A stretch of DNA of 64,000 nt from Chara braunii (taxonomy: Eukaryota; Plantae; Charophyceae). Made by a program: the position numbers and the translations under genes. Below, piece by piece: positions 40,031-51,236 of this stretch. The first letter of the stretch is position 1, and the number at the start of each line of letters is the position of its first letter. The notes under the pieces are model-generated. The model worked only from the letters and a program-made list of their open reading frames with translations. It was not told the origin of the DNA and made no database searches. The DNA is taken from assembly GCA_003427395.1 (NCBI GenBank), contig BFEA01000013.1, forward strand, positions 527,326 through 591,325, in the 5' to 3' direction.

Positions 40031-40617
40031 CATTATCACCGTGTGATAGTGCCGGGCTCCTCCATTCCCCTCTATTCTTATCTTTGGTTGATCCTCTCGG
40101 ACGCCTACCTTCTCAACTATAAAAGTTTGATAATGACTTCCACTGAGATAATCACGGTTTTTGCTAACCTTAAAAACTCGGACGTTGCAACCCTCATCCA
40201 TCCAAAAACTCGAGGCAAACAAAGACCCGAATTGATCCGAAATCGGGAGTTCCTCCGGTCTGAAAGCTTGTCTAGGTACCTGCGCACCATAAGTAAGTGT
40301 ATCCAACCGAGGTCTTGGACGCGGTACCTTGGGCTCTACAGATGACTTTGACCTTTGAATTTCTTGTGAGCAGCGTTTGGTCACGCGACTAAACGCGATA
40401 GACAAAGACGCTGGACGTCGGACCAAAGAGATGACTTTTACTACATCAGTGTGGCTCACTACTCCATTATATTGCTCAGTGTGAATGAATACTCGGTGCA
40501 TTTATACTCTATGCTTGTGCAAGATTACTGAAACATCCGTCAGACCCGCAACTTGGTGTTTTGTATATCGCCCAAAATCCTATTATTAATTTATTATTAC
40601 TATTATTATTTTTATTA

Positions 40618-40663
<46 letters not shown>

Positions 40664-42627
40664 TATTGTTGGTTATTAGATATTTATGATTGATACTGAT
40701 ATCTTTGGGCATCAAGGACCAAAAATGAAGGGGATGTGAGACATTGGAGAGGAGAAAGATGTCGTCACCGTGTGACGGCATCTGCCTCTTCCACCCTTTT
40801 TCATTCTTCTTTGGTCTGAAACCCCTTAGTTTTTCTTTCTTTCTCTTTATTTGTCGAAGATTATTGTGACGATTATTGTTGTTATTAAGCATCAGTCTGC
40901 AACTCTTTATTGATTGACAATGAGGGAAGTGGGGGAAAATCAGGTTGAAAAGAGGGGGAGTATTGGAGAAGAGAACGACATCGTCACCGTGTGACGACAT
41001 CTACCTCCTCTATCCGTCTCCGTCTCTCTCATTTCCTTAGTTATCACAACTCTCTAGAATGCTATAAATCTCATCAAAGTAAAAGTCTACTCTATGGAAA
41101 AAGTGTGATCAAACGGTCGGATGAAACAGGGCGATTGGGGGAGCTCTGCCGGAGTTCAGGAGGAACTCTGGAGGCAGGGAACCATAAGGTACGCATAACT
41201 CGCTCCCTTCCCATATCCCTTACTAGTTACGACTCTCTATTATACTTCATAAGTGGATGTATGCAATAACGTCTTCTTGTTTCCTTCAGGAGTAAAACTT
41301 TTCAGAGAGAGGTGAATGAACATATGATTGAAGTAAAAATCTCGCCTGATGTCAGGAAGGAAATTAGGAGGACCGAAAAGGAACCTAGTCTGCTTGGTTC
41401 TGAAACATAAGGCCGTGTGATGGAGACTCCCGTGGGGCCGTCACACTGTTTGCATGAGCTGACTAAGATAGATGACGGGGTACTTGTCGTGCAAAGTTAC
41501 CCTGCCATTCATCTGACTAAAGTGACAATTTGATGAAATATCTGTTTGATTTCGACATTGGTGACGGGAAGTTGCCGTGAAGTTTTTTTATTACCTCACA
41601 AACAACATTTAGGGGGTAATCCGGTACTCACGTGGAGTACATGTCTTCAACGACTAACAAAAGCAAAGGTAGTAGGCAACTCTCGTGGGGCTCTCCTATC
41701 ACAAAATCTAACCAAACTTGGAAAGGAATTAGGTAGTCACCATGCGAGTACACGAAACCCTAAGTCTGGGTCGATCTGTTCGACTTCCCGTGGGAGTCAA
41801 CATACCTTTTGCTCATTTACGATGCGTAGGCCAGATAGGTGAATTGTCAGGACGATTCAAACAAGAGTTATTTTGATTAATCTCCTACGCATGAAACTGG
41901 TAGTAGGGTGACTCCCGGGAGGGTCATCCTAATACATGTTTAATCTGGGGATCAACTAACAGGGCAAAAAAATGAGGTGATTGTGTTTGGGCAGTAGAGG
42001 GATACTTCCGGGTGAGTAAGCCTACTACTTGTTTGAGTATAATTGATGGATGGCATGATTGATTACTAACGACCTATCTATTTAATATTGAAGGAGGAAA
42101 TGAGAGGCTCCCGTGGGGTCATCCTATTGCTTGTTTGATGCTATCTCAACAAGTCTAATAAGATAATCTAGCAAAGGGAGGATCTAGTGTTTGCATGAGT
42201 CCGCTAACATAATCCTAGCTCGTTTGACTCTGAGAAAGTAGTAGGGTGACCACCGTAGGGTCATCCTACTACATTTTTGAGGATAAACTAAGCTCTGATC
42301 AAGGAGTCATATGAGGCTTCCGCGAAAACCACCTATTACTAACTTGAATTTCGTATTGATACCTGGATCTGGAATGTATTTGGACATTGGAACAAGTGTT
42401 GAGTTACTTCAACAGAGCCTTCTCAACTACTTATTGTAACTAATAAAGGGATACTCCCCTGTGAGTTATTCTGTCGCTTGCACAAGATTGCTTGAACTGT
42501 TTGGTTGCATGAGGACTTTATGAACTTTTAAGAATGGTTGAGTGCTCATGTGGGGCTACTCGACTACTCCTTTGACTAATCGTTTTCGCTCGGAATAGAT
42601 CAAGTAGTGGAAGATTCCCGGGTGAGT
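40031..42627 (+). repeat. Array of about 18 stem-loops with CCGTG-type loops (copy A)
   Basis: Examples: cattatca-CCGTG-tgatagtg (40031), gatgtcgtca-CCGTG-tgacggcatc (40758), gtactc-ACGTG-gagtac (41624), gacttc-CCGTG-ggagtc (41782), ggctc-CCGTG-gggtc (42106). Confidence 0.7.
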
Positions 42628-44503
42628 GGGGGGGGTTCTTTCATGCCTTTAAGGCATTCACCCCTTCAGGATCGTTCAAGATCCACAAGCTTAACAGTAG
42701 GAGTCATAGGGTGGGAGAGAGTTATTTCAGGCCTTCAAGACATTCACCCCTCTAGGATCGTTCACATTGTTCAGGATGCCAAAAAGACACAATACTGGAA
42801 ACCAGAAAATGGGGAGGATGCTCATTTAAGAGCTCCGAAGGCATTCACCTTCAGGGCATTTACCCCTTCAAGATCATTCAGGATCCTCAAGCTTGACAGT
42901 GGGAGCCATACGGTGGGGGGGGGGTACTTTCAGCTCTTCAGGGCATTCACCACTTCAGGATCGTTCGGGATCCTCAACCTTAACAATGAGAGTCATACGG
43001 TGGGGGGGGGTGCTTTGAGGCCTTCAGGGCATTCACCCCTTCATAATCGTTCACAATCCTCAAACTTAATAGTGAGACCCATAAGGTGGGGGGGGGTTCT
43101 TTCAGGCCTTCAGGGCATTCACACCTTCAGGATCGTTCATGATCCTTAAGGTCAACAGTGGGGGTCATAAGGTGGGGGGGGGTTCTTTCAAGCCTTCAAG
43201 GTTTCACCCCTTCAGGATCATTCACATTGTTCAGGATGCCCAAACGACACAACACTGAAGAACAAAGGTGGGAACGGGTGCTCCTTTCAGACCTCCGAAG
43301 GCATTAACCCCTTGAGAATCGTTCAGGATCCTCGACCCTTAACAGTGGGAGCCATAGGGGGGGGGGGGGTGCTTTCAGGCCTTCAGGGCATTCACCCCTT
43401 CAGGATGGTTCACGGAAGAAGGAAAAAAAAAAAAAAAATCACCATGAAAATTATGAACAATCCTGAAAGGATGAATGCTCTAAACGGACTGAAAGCAACC
43501 CCCACTTTGGCTCTCACTATCATGAAGGGGTGAAGACCTTGAAAACCCCTCGAACCTCCATTCGACTCCCTGCTTCAGACCACCGAAGACATTCACCTCT
43601 TTAGGATCGATCAGGATCTTCAACGCTTAACAGTGAGAGTCATACGGTGGGGAGGGGTGCTTTCAGGCCTTCAGGGCATTCACCCCTTTAGGATCATTCA
43701 AGATCCTCAAGCTTAGCAGTGAGAGTCATACGGTGGGGGGGGGTGCTTTCAAGCCTTCAGGGCATTTACCCCTTCACGATCATTCATGATCCTCAAGCTT
43801 AACAGTGAGACCCATCGGGTGTGTGGGGGGGTTCTTTCAGGCCTTCAGGGCATTCACCCCTTCAGGATTGTTCAAGATCCACAAGCTTAACAGTAGGAGT
43901 CATAGGGTGGGAGAGAGTTCTTTCAGGCCTTCAAGGCATTCACCCCTTCAGGATCGTTCACATTGTTCAGGATGCCAAAAAGACACAATACTGGAAACCA
44001 GAAAATGGGGAGGATGCTCATTTCAGAGCTCCGAAGGCATTCACCTTCAGGGCATTTACCCCTTCAAGATCATTAAGGATCCTCAAGCTTGACAGTGGGA
44101 GCCATACGGTGGGGGGGGGGTACTTTCAGCTCTTCAGGGCATTCACCACTTCAGGATCGTTCGGGATCCTCAACCTTAACAATGAGAGTCATACGGTGGG
44201 GGGGGGTGCTTTGAGGCCTTCAGGGCATTCACCCCTTCATAATCGTTCACAATCCTCAAACTTAATAGTGAGACCCATAAGGTGGGGGGGGGTTCTTTCA
44301 GGCCTTCAGGGCATTCACACCTTCAGGATCGTTCATGATCCTTAAGGTCAACAGTGGGGGTCATAAGGTGGGGGGGGGTTTATTCAAGCCTTCAAGGTTT
44401 CACCCCTTCAGGATCATTCACATTGTTCAGGATGCCCAAACGATACAACACTGAAGAACAAAGGTGGGAACGGGTGCTCCTTTCAGACCTCCGAAGGCAT
44501 TAA
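42628..44503. repeat. Satellite of about 85-bp monomers with a higher-order duplication (about 680 bp at offset 1196) and one inverted monomer
   Basis: Monomer cttaacagtg.gagtcata.ggtgggggggg.tctttcaggccttcagggcattcaccccttcaggatcgttca. Inverted copy at about 43450..43550. Confidence 0.92.
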
Positions 44504-44648
44504 TAGTTAAGGGGGTAAAACCTGAGGATGCTGCCTGCAGTTAATAGTTGAGATCAATGTAAGTCAGGTTACTCCTTAATAGAGATACTTGAAAACAGTA
44601 CTTTAAATGGTCAATCCTATCTTGCCTTTTGTGTAAACAGGTCATTAA

Positions 44649-45176
44649 AGAGGTCTCTCGGATTCGATAAAGATACCTTACGCAGAGCAGGTTTCCAAGG
44701 TCGAAGCACCAATTAGGAACAATGGTGGGTTAGAAATGACACTGCCAAAAGGGAAATGTAGAGCGGAGCTTGGCCAGTCCTGGTGGGGTGACTCGTTGGG
44801 AAATGAGGCATTTATATGGGTAGAAACGAGTTGGAATATGGAGGAAAAATGCCATAGTGTGAAAGTCACCCTCTACCTGTCTACTTGTCTCTGGCATGGT
44901 CATGAAATGGATCTCAGTCAAGAAGGAAAATAATATCTACTACAACTTACAGGAATGGCAGAAGCAGCACTCCACGTCTGGAGCCGAGAGGGTCGATGGC
45001 AAGAAGCAGGAGAAGTTATAAAGGAAATCAAAATGCGTCCGGCCGAAGACTTTGTTCTGCCGATTCGCTACATTAGAACCACACTCCCTGATTTTATTAT
45101 CAATGAGGTGTTCAATGGTCAAGCGAGAGTAGAATTGGCCGCAGAAGCCGCACGGAGGTTACCTAATAGAGGATAA
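44649..45176 (+). pseudogene. Unknown-domain ORF, paralog 1 (one internal stop)
   Basis: KIPYAEQVSKVEAPIRNNGGLEMTLPKG...WWGDSLGNEAFIWVET. Conserved with paralog 2 at the amino-acid level. Acceptor-like ttttgtgtaaacag at 44640. Confidence 0.65.
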
Positions 45177-45758
45177 GACTTATCCACCCCTCATATGATT
45201 TACTGCTTATACCTGGAGATGACCCCCAAACTAGCTGAAAGTGATTTTAGTAACATTTTGTCCATCATAGACCCATATGCTTGAACTTATTTCATGGAGG
45301 AAAGATTTGGGTATTGGGAGAAGTTGAAGGAGGAAGTACGCACGATAGTCTGCGTGGATGGTATTCCCACCATGTTTGGCTTGGTCTATAACTTCTGGCT
45401 TGGGGATTGGGTAATGGCAAGTGAAATGAAAGAAGAAGAGAGAGGGTTTGTATTCTAAGAATGATAGGGAAGGACGCTGAGATGATAGAAGAGCATGAGA
45501 GGCAATAAAGGAAAAAAGAGGAGATTGAAAGGAAGCGATTGCTTGTTTAAAGATTAACTGAGGAGGAATGGGTAATGGATGAGTGTAGGGTAGGACATGA
45601 AAAGATAAGAGCTTTAGGCTAAAAACGTTCATCTCTCAGGTGGGCTTGAGAAAGAAAAATAGAGGAAGGATATATCGGTACTAAATAGGACTTATGTATA
45701 AGTATTGTGTGTCTTTTTGTCTCTCATTTTGCATCGCTCAGGCCACCGGAGATCGCCC

Positions 45759-46013
45759 AAGATGTCGTATGCCAATTAGGGATTCGGGGTTGAGCTCCCC
45801 GTTCGTACTAATCAAGGGTTGAAGATGTCACTGCCCCGAGGTCTAAGTGAAAAGGAAGAGGAAATCACCGCATGGTGGGGCACCTCGATCGGGTCCGAAG
45901 CATTTGTATGGGTAGAAACTTGACACACTCTCAATCAGAAGAGTACGAGCAACCTTGTATCTTTCATCACATCTATGAAGCATGCATGGGATAGACCTGG
46001 CAGTGGGACATAG
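45759..46013 (+). pseudogene. Unknown-domain ORF, paralog 2 (decayed)
   Basis: KMSYAN*GFGVELPVRTNQGLKMSLPRG...WWGTSIGSEAFVWVET*. Acceptor-like pyrimidine tract ending ctcag at 45741. Confidence 0.6.
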
Positions 46014-48306
46014 TCAACCCCTATCTCGGTACATCCTAATCACCGGGACAATCCTGGGGAAAAAAATTTGAGAGACAAGCAAGGGGGATTTTCGGCCGGT
46101 CATACTGATGATAGAAGCAGATCCGGCCTGATCAGCCGACTGTGGTGGGTTAAGACTGAGGTCGCCAATCCCCTCGCGTTAGACTTCGGGTGAGACGGTA
46201 AAATCTGACTTAGGTTAAAACCCTCGTCCGAAGAGTGAAATTCAATTGTAATCCCTAACTCCTCGAACACCCAACGAAATCCTGGCTAATAAAGTCTAAA
46301 GTTGGGGGGAAAGAGGCTATCATTATCTTCCTCGGTGACCTCTGTAATTGTAGTACAGATCTAGTATTCCTACTTTGAGTCATATGAAATAATCTTTCTT
46401 TGATATTACAATTTTTTCAAATATGTGGGAGACCCAAGTTAAAATCCTGGCAGTATGGACGCACCAAGGGAGACAGTGAGAGTCTTCAAAACGCAACTTC
46501 GTCCAGGAAATCGGATTTTGATAACTTGTCGCGTTAGAAGGCCTTTGTTTGCATTTAGATCCCCTAGCGACGGGGACGTCGCTTAATGGGGTCCGGGAAG
46601 ATTGTCGGAGCAAACACCCTTACAAGGGTATTTGCTCGTGGTTTTGCATTCGATACTTTAGCAACGCCGGTTACCATGCCGGGGGTGGTCAGGAGTAAAA
46701 AGTAAGAACTTTCGGCGTGACGCCATGATCGAATTCCTCGACCATTAAGACCAGGACTACCTATAAAAACGTGTCGTCACTGCACCAAGTGGCGACTACC
46801 GGTATTGGACTTCTAAAAGTGTCAACTTTTATCTTCTTCTGCTCGACCTTACGTACCCAACACATCTAGCTCTACTTGGTATGGTATCGGCCTACCTGCT
46901 ACTTGAGCATTTTTTGCTGCTCTGAAGTGTCGTGGACCTATTCCCCGCTAATTGAGTGTTTTCCCCGCCATAACCCTCAATATCACGGCCGCGGGTAAGT
47001 ACAGGCCCTTCGGGTCTTCTGAGCAAACAAAGTGTCCTTACGGGTGACACACACACTCAAGCCGACAAACACTCAGACAGAAATACAGACCAAGAAGCGT
47101 ACACACACACAAAGTTAGGAATGGGCCCGGTCCACTAGTTGGGATAGGCCCGAATGCTGTACTTATACACGAGTTGCTCCCGTTCTTTCTGAAGTGGGAG
47201 TTAGCTCAGTAGGTACGGGTACGAATTGTCAAGCGGCGGACTCGGGGATCGAGTCCACCCGACCTCTGAGCTAGTTACTTTTTGTCAAGAAGCTCCACTA
47301 CGCTTTTCACTCGGGCTCAGTTGGCCGAGGCTCGATCCCGTGACCTTGGTTTTGGGACAGGATAGAGTTAGAGCCCATTGTGACAGTTGGCACAACGGGG
47401 TAGATAGTAGTTGGATTCTCCTTTGCCTTTTTTCCTTTTTGCCTTTTATTGTTATTAGTTAGAGTCATTTCCTTTTCTTCCAATTATTTATTACTTCTTT
47501 ATTCTTGGTTTTTAGGCCCCGTGTTCGAATCTCTCGCAGCCTCGCCTTAGTGAATCTACCTCCGGAATCGTGGTAGATTCAGCTGAGGAGTTAATAAGAA
47601 TCACATATGATCTAGCTGCTAAGGACTACAGCGCGGCGTCGTGGAGACATGGCTCGAGGAAAAATGAGCTGGGAGTATGAGAGAGAAAATGAAGAAAAGC
47701 AATCGAAGGCGAGGGGGGGGGATATCGCGAGTAAACCGGAAAGCGGGAGATTACGCGAAATCGATAGAACATGAGCAGAGGAAGGAGAAGAGGAAAAAGA
47801 AGAAGGAGGAGAAGGAGAAGAAGGAGAAAAAAGGAGGAGAAGAGAAAGAAAGAAGAGAAGGTGATCGAGTACTAACTTGAGGAATAGTGAGCATATGACC
47901 GTCAATAGTGACGACGACAACGCCGAAGACGACGAAGGTGAACGAGCGGGAGAGAAAAACCGGTAAGTTTCAATCAAGCGGCTAACCTCAGGATACTTCC
48001 GCGGAGGAGACGAGAAAATGACAAATGAATCTCCCTTTACAATATGGAAAAATACATCACAGCTTGCACCTGCCGCCGTCGCGTCGTCGCCCGCTCGTCC
48101 GCTGACCTGCCATCAGTGTGTATGTACACGCGTGTATAAGGGAGGGAGAGATAGTTCAGGGAGAGAGTGGCGTGAGTTATCTATTTCGCAGAAGGATGCC
48201 ATGGTGACGGTCAATCGGTCTCACCCAAAACAAGAAGGTTAACGATTCGTAAGTGTATCTGGTAGGAAAAATAGTTAGTATACATTTATTTTGGTGGCAT
48301 TATTGC

Positions 48307-48357
<51 letters not shown>

Positions 48358-49727
48358 CGTTATTATTGGGTAGTTGCTTATTATTATTATTATCCTTATT
48401 AATATCATAACTATTATAACAAACTCACCATAATTACGAAGAGGAAAGAGATGGCACGAAAAGGGAAAGAAGAAGAAAGGGGTAGTGGCGACTTACCTAT
48501 CAGCTCCGGCGCCCTCATCCCATAAGAGGGTGAAGGCAACTTTGTTATAGGTGTCGTCTTCGTTTCCGCAATCACAGCGGCGCATTCCGTTGTATTAGAG
48601 AGAGTGGCGCAAGACAGGGGCAAGGCGGGATTGATGCGCAGAAGAAGGGAAGGAGGGAGCACGAAGGAGAAGAAGGGGAGCGCAACCTGTAGGAAAGGGA
48701 AACGGGGCATGGGAAAAGAGAAGAAGAAGAAGAAGAAAAAGAAGAAGAAGAAGGAGAAGAAAGAAAGGAGAAATAGGAAGATGGAGAATGAGAGCGGGAA
48801 GGTAGTAAGGGAGAGAGCGACGAAGGGGATTCGGAGGAAGGTGAGGAGTAAGCGACGGAGGTGACAACTACGGAGGGGGAGACAATGGCTACAGGGAGAA
48901 CCATCGTGTTTGGAGTACAACAGGGGAAGGGCGCCAAAAGGGAGGTGGAAAGCGGGCGCGAGTGGAAGTCGAGCGTGAGGGACTGTGCGCGCAGGTGATC
49001 GAAGAAACGGGCGTGCGATGAGGAGAGGATAGTCGAATAAAAAAATAAAAATTATATTCTCTCGTTTCAAACTGTGCGTGAAATTTTAAATTCACACGAC
49101 TTCTAAATTTTAGAATTATTTTACTAATTCATTTTATTTTTTTTTCTCGTATGAGTAATATTGGCACTTCTTGAGAAATCCTTAACAGACTAAGGAAGGA
49201 GAAAAAGGAGAAGGGGAAAATGAGAGGAGAGGAAAGAGATACTAATCGGGCCTACATCTGCTACCTACCGAATGTGAGGTGAAGATTTCTCGGATGCGTG
49301 ATGCATCCGCCGACGGCATCATGAAGGTGGACTCGACGTCTGCCGACCTCATTGGAATGTGCGCTTGAGCCTGTCGAATCATCCGTGTGCTATGATCACG
49401 ATGTACTGCACATCGTTGTGGATCGGGCTCCATTGGTAGAGCAGGGAGCATCGAGCATTTGACTGACGAAGGTGACGAAGATGAAGAGGAACATGTGCAG
49501 GTTAGGGTCCTATCTCACGACTTTTCCTTCTTCCATCGATAAGATGAGCAAAAATAAATAAATAAATAATAAATCTACCGCTAAAATACGGGAAGGTGCA
49601 TTACCACACTTACATCAATAGGATGAACAAAATCGAATGAATCTATTGTAGGAACATGAAAATATACACCGCCACACTCGTTTGTTTGTGTGTGTGTGTG
49701 TGGAACCGACCACATATGTTAAAAATA

Positions 49728-49772
<45 letters not shown>

Positions 49773-49808
49773 TTACACAGTCTGATTATATATATATATA
49801 TATATATT

Positions 49809-50439
49809 CAGGGTTACCAGCCCGTACGTACGGAGGCCCCCAGGTGGACCTCCGTACGTTCAGGCGTTCGGGGTCCCGTACGGATCCCGAACCCGACGGA
49901 GTTTGGCCCCCGCCAAAAAATATTTCGGGGCTTACAAATAATTGTTTTTTCCTGAATGTTTTTGTACGACTTGTCTATAACGAGAGGTACATGCCTATAA
50001 AGTTTCAAGTCATTTCCCTTAGCCAAATAAGAATTAAAAATCGCCAAAGATGGCGGTGTCAAAACGTGCTCGCCCACGTTTTTTTTCACTTTTTACTTTT
50101 TGTTTTCACTTTAGTTCGGGGTCTAAATAATTTTATTATTTTTTGAAACTTTTTATGTGGGTTTTGCATTGTGTGAAGTACACATGCGTAAATTGTCAGG
50201 GCATTTAGCTATGCCAAAGAAAAATGAAAAAATCGTCAAAGATGGCGGTGTCGAAAACATGCTCGCCCACTCACTAAATTTAATTCTCTTTTTATTTATA
50301 TTTATTTTTATTATGATTATTTATTCTGTGTATTTTATTTTTATTTCAAATTTGGTAAGGAATTCGGACGTAATGCTAGGCAAATCTTGTTTAATATATT
50401 TTTTCTCCATACCATATATTTTTTTCAGATTGTTTTGAT

Positions 50440-50474
<35 letters not shown>

Positions 50475-50577
50475 GGTCCGTGTTCGGCCCGAACGGCCGA
50501 ACGCATCCCCAAGGGATCCCATACGTTCGGGCGTTCGGGTTCGGGCGTTTGGCCTGTCCCGAACGCCGGTTACCCTG
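49809..50577. mobile_element. hAT-like MITE (769 bp) inserted in a (TA)n microsatellite
   Basis: Termini CAGGGTTACC...GGTTACCCTG and subterminal cgttcggg repeats. Absent from the matching site in copy A (about 36820). Confidence 0.8.
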
Positions 50578-50620
<43 letters not shown>

Positions 50621-50661
50621 ATATAGATATATATATACATATGTATATATATATATATATT

Positions 50662-51236
50662 CAGGGTCATCAGCCCGTACGTACAGGTGTTCGGGGTCCC
50701 GTACGGGGTCCGAACCCGACGGCTTTCGGCCCCCACCAAAAATTATTTTGGGGCCTACACATCATTATTGTTTTCTGAAATTTGTTTTATGCGTTTTCTA
50801 TGACGTGAGGTACATCCCTGTAATTTTTCAAGTCATTTGGCTAAGCCAAATAATAATTAAAAATCGCCAAAGAAGGCGGTGTCAAAACGTGCTCGCCCAC
50901 GTATTTTATCAGTTTTTACTTTTTGTTTTCACTTTAGTTCGGGGTCTAAACAATTTTATTATTTTTGAAAACGTTTTTAGTGGGTTTTGTATTACATCTG
51001 TAAATTTTCAGGGCATTTAGCTATGCAAAACAAAAAAGAAAAATGGCCAAAGATGGCGGTGTCAAAAACATGCTCGCGCACTCACTAAAGTTAATTCTCT
51101 TTTTATTTTTATTTATTTTTATTATTAGTATTTGTTTTCCATATTTTATTTTTATTTCAAATTTGGTAAGGAATTCGAATGTTATGCTCACAAAAATCTT
51201 GTTTAATTTATTTTTCTCCATAGCATATCGTTTTTT
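50662..51236. mobile_element. Second, diverged copy of the same MITE, truncated by an assembly gap
   Basis: Starts CAGGGTCATCAGCCCGTACGTAC and is collinear with 49809..50420. Confidence 0.78.

Larger units (their letters stand above)
33708..46602. mobile_element. Giant LTR-terminated unit, copy A (33708..42627 is shared with copy B)
   Basis: Starts TGTCGGAGCAAACACCCTTACAAGGG. Collinear with 46603..57575 at roughly 90% by eye. No gag/pol inside. The right boundary is uncertain. Confidence 0.75.

Noticed and set aside
41425-42627. Canonical CRISPR array or protein-coding repeat
   Set aside because: Repeats are too degenerate, there are no cas genes, and the context is eukaryotic. No consistent reading frame was seen where translated. 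Kept only as a hairpin array.
42607-44345. 180-aa and 174-aa ORFs
   Set aside because: Chance open frames through the satellite.
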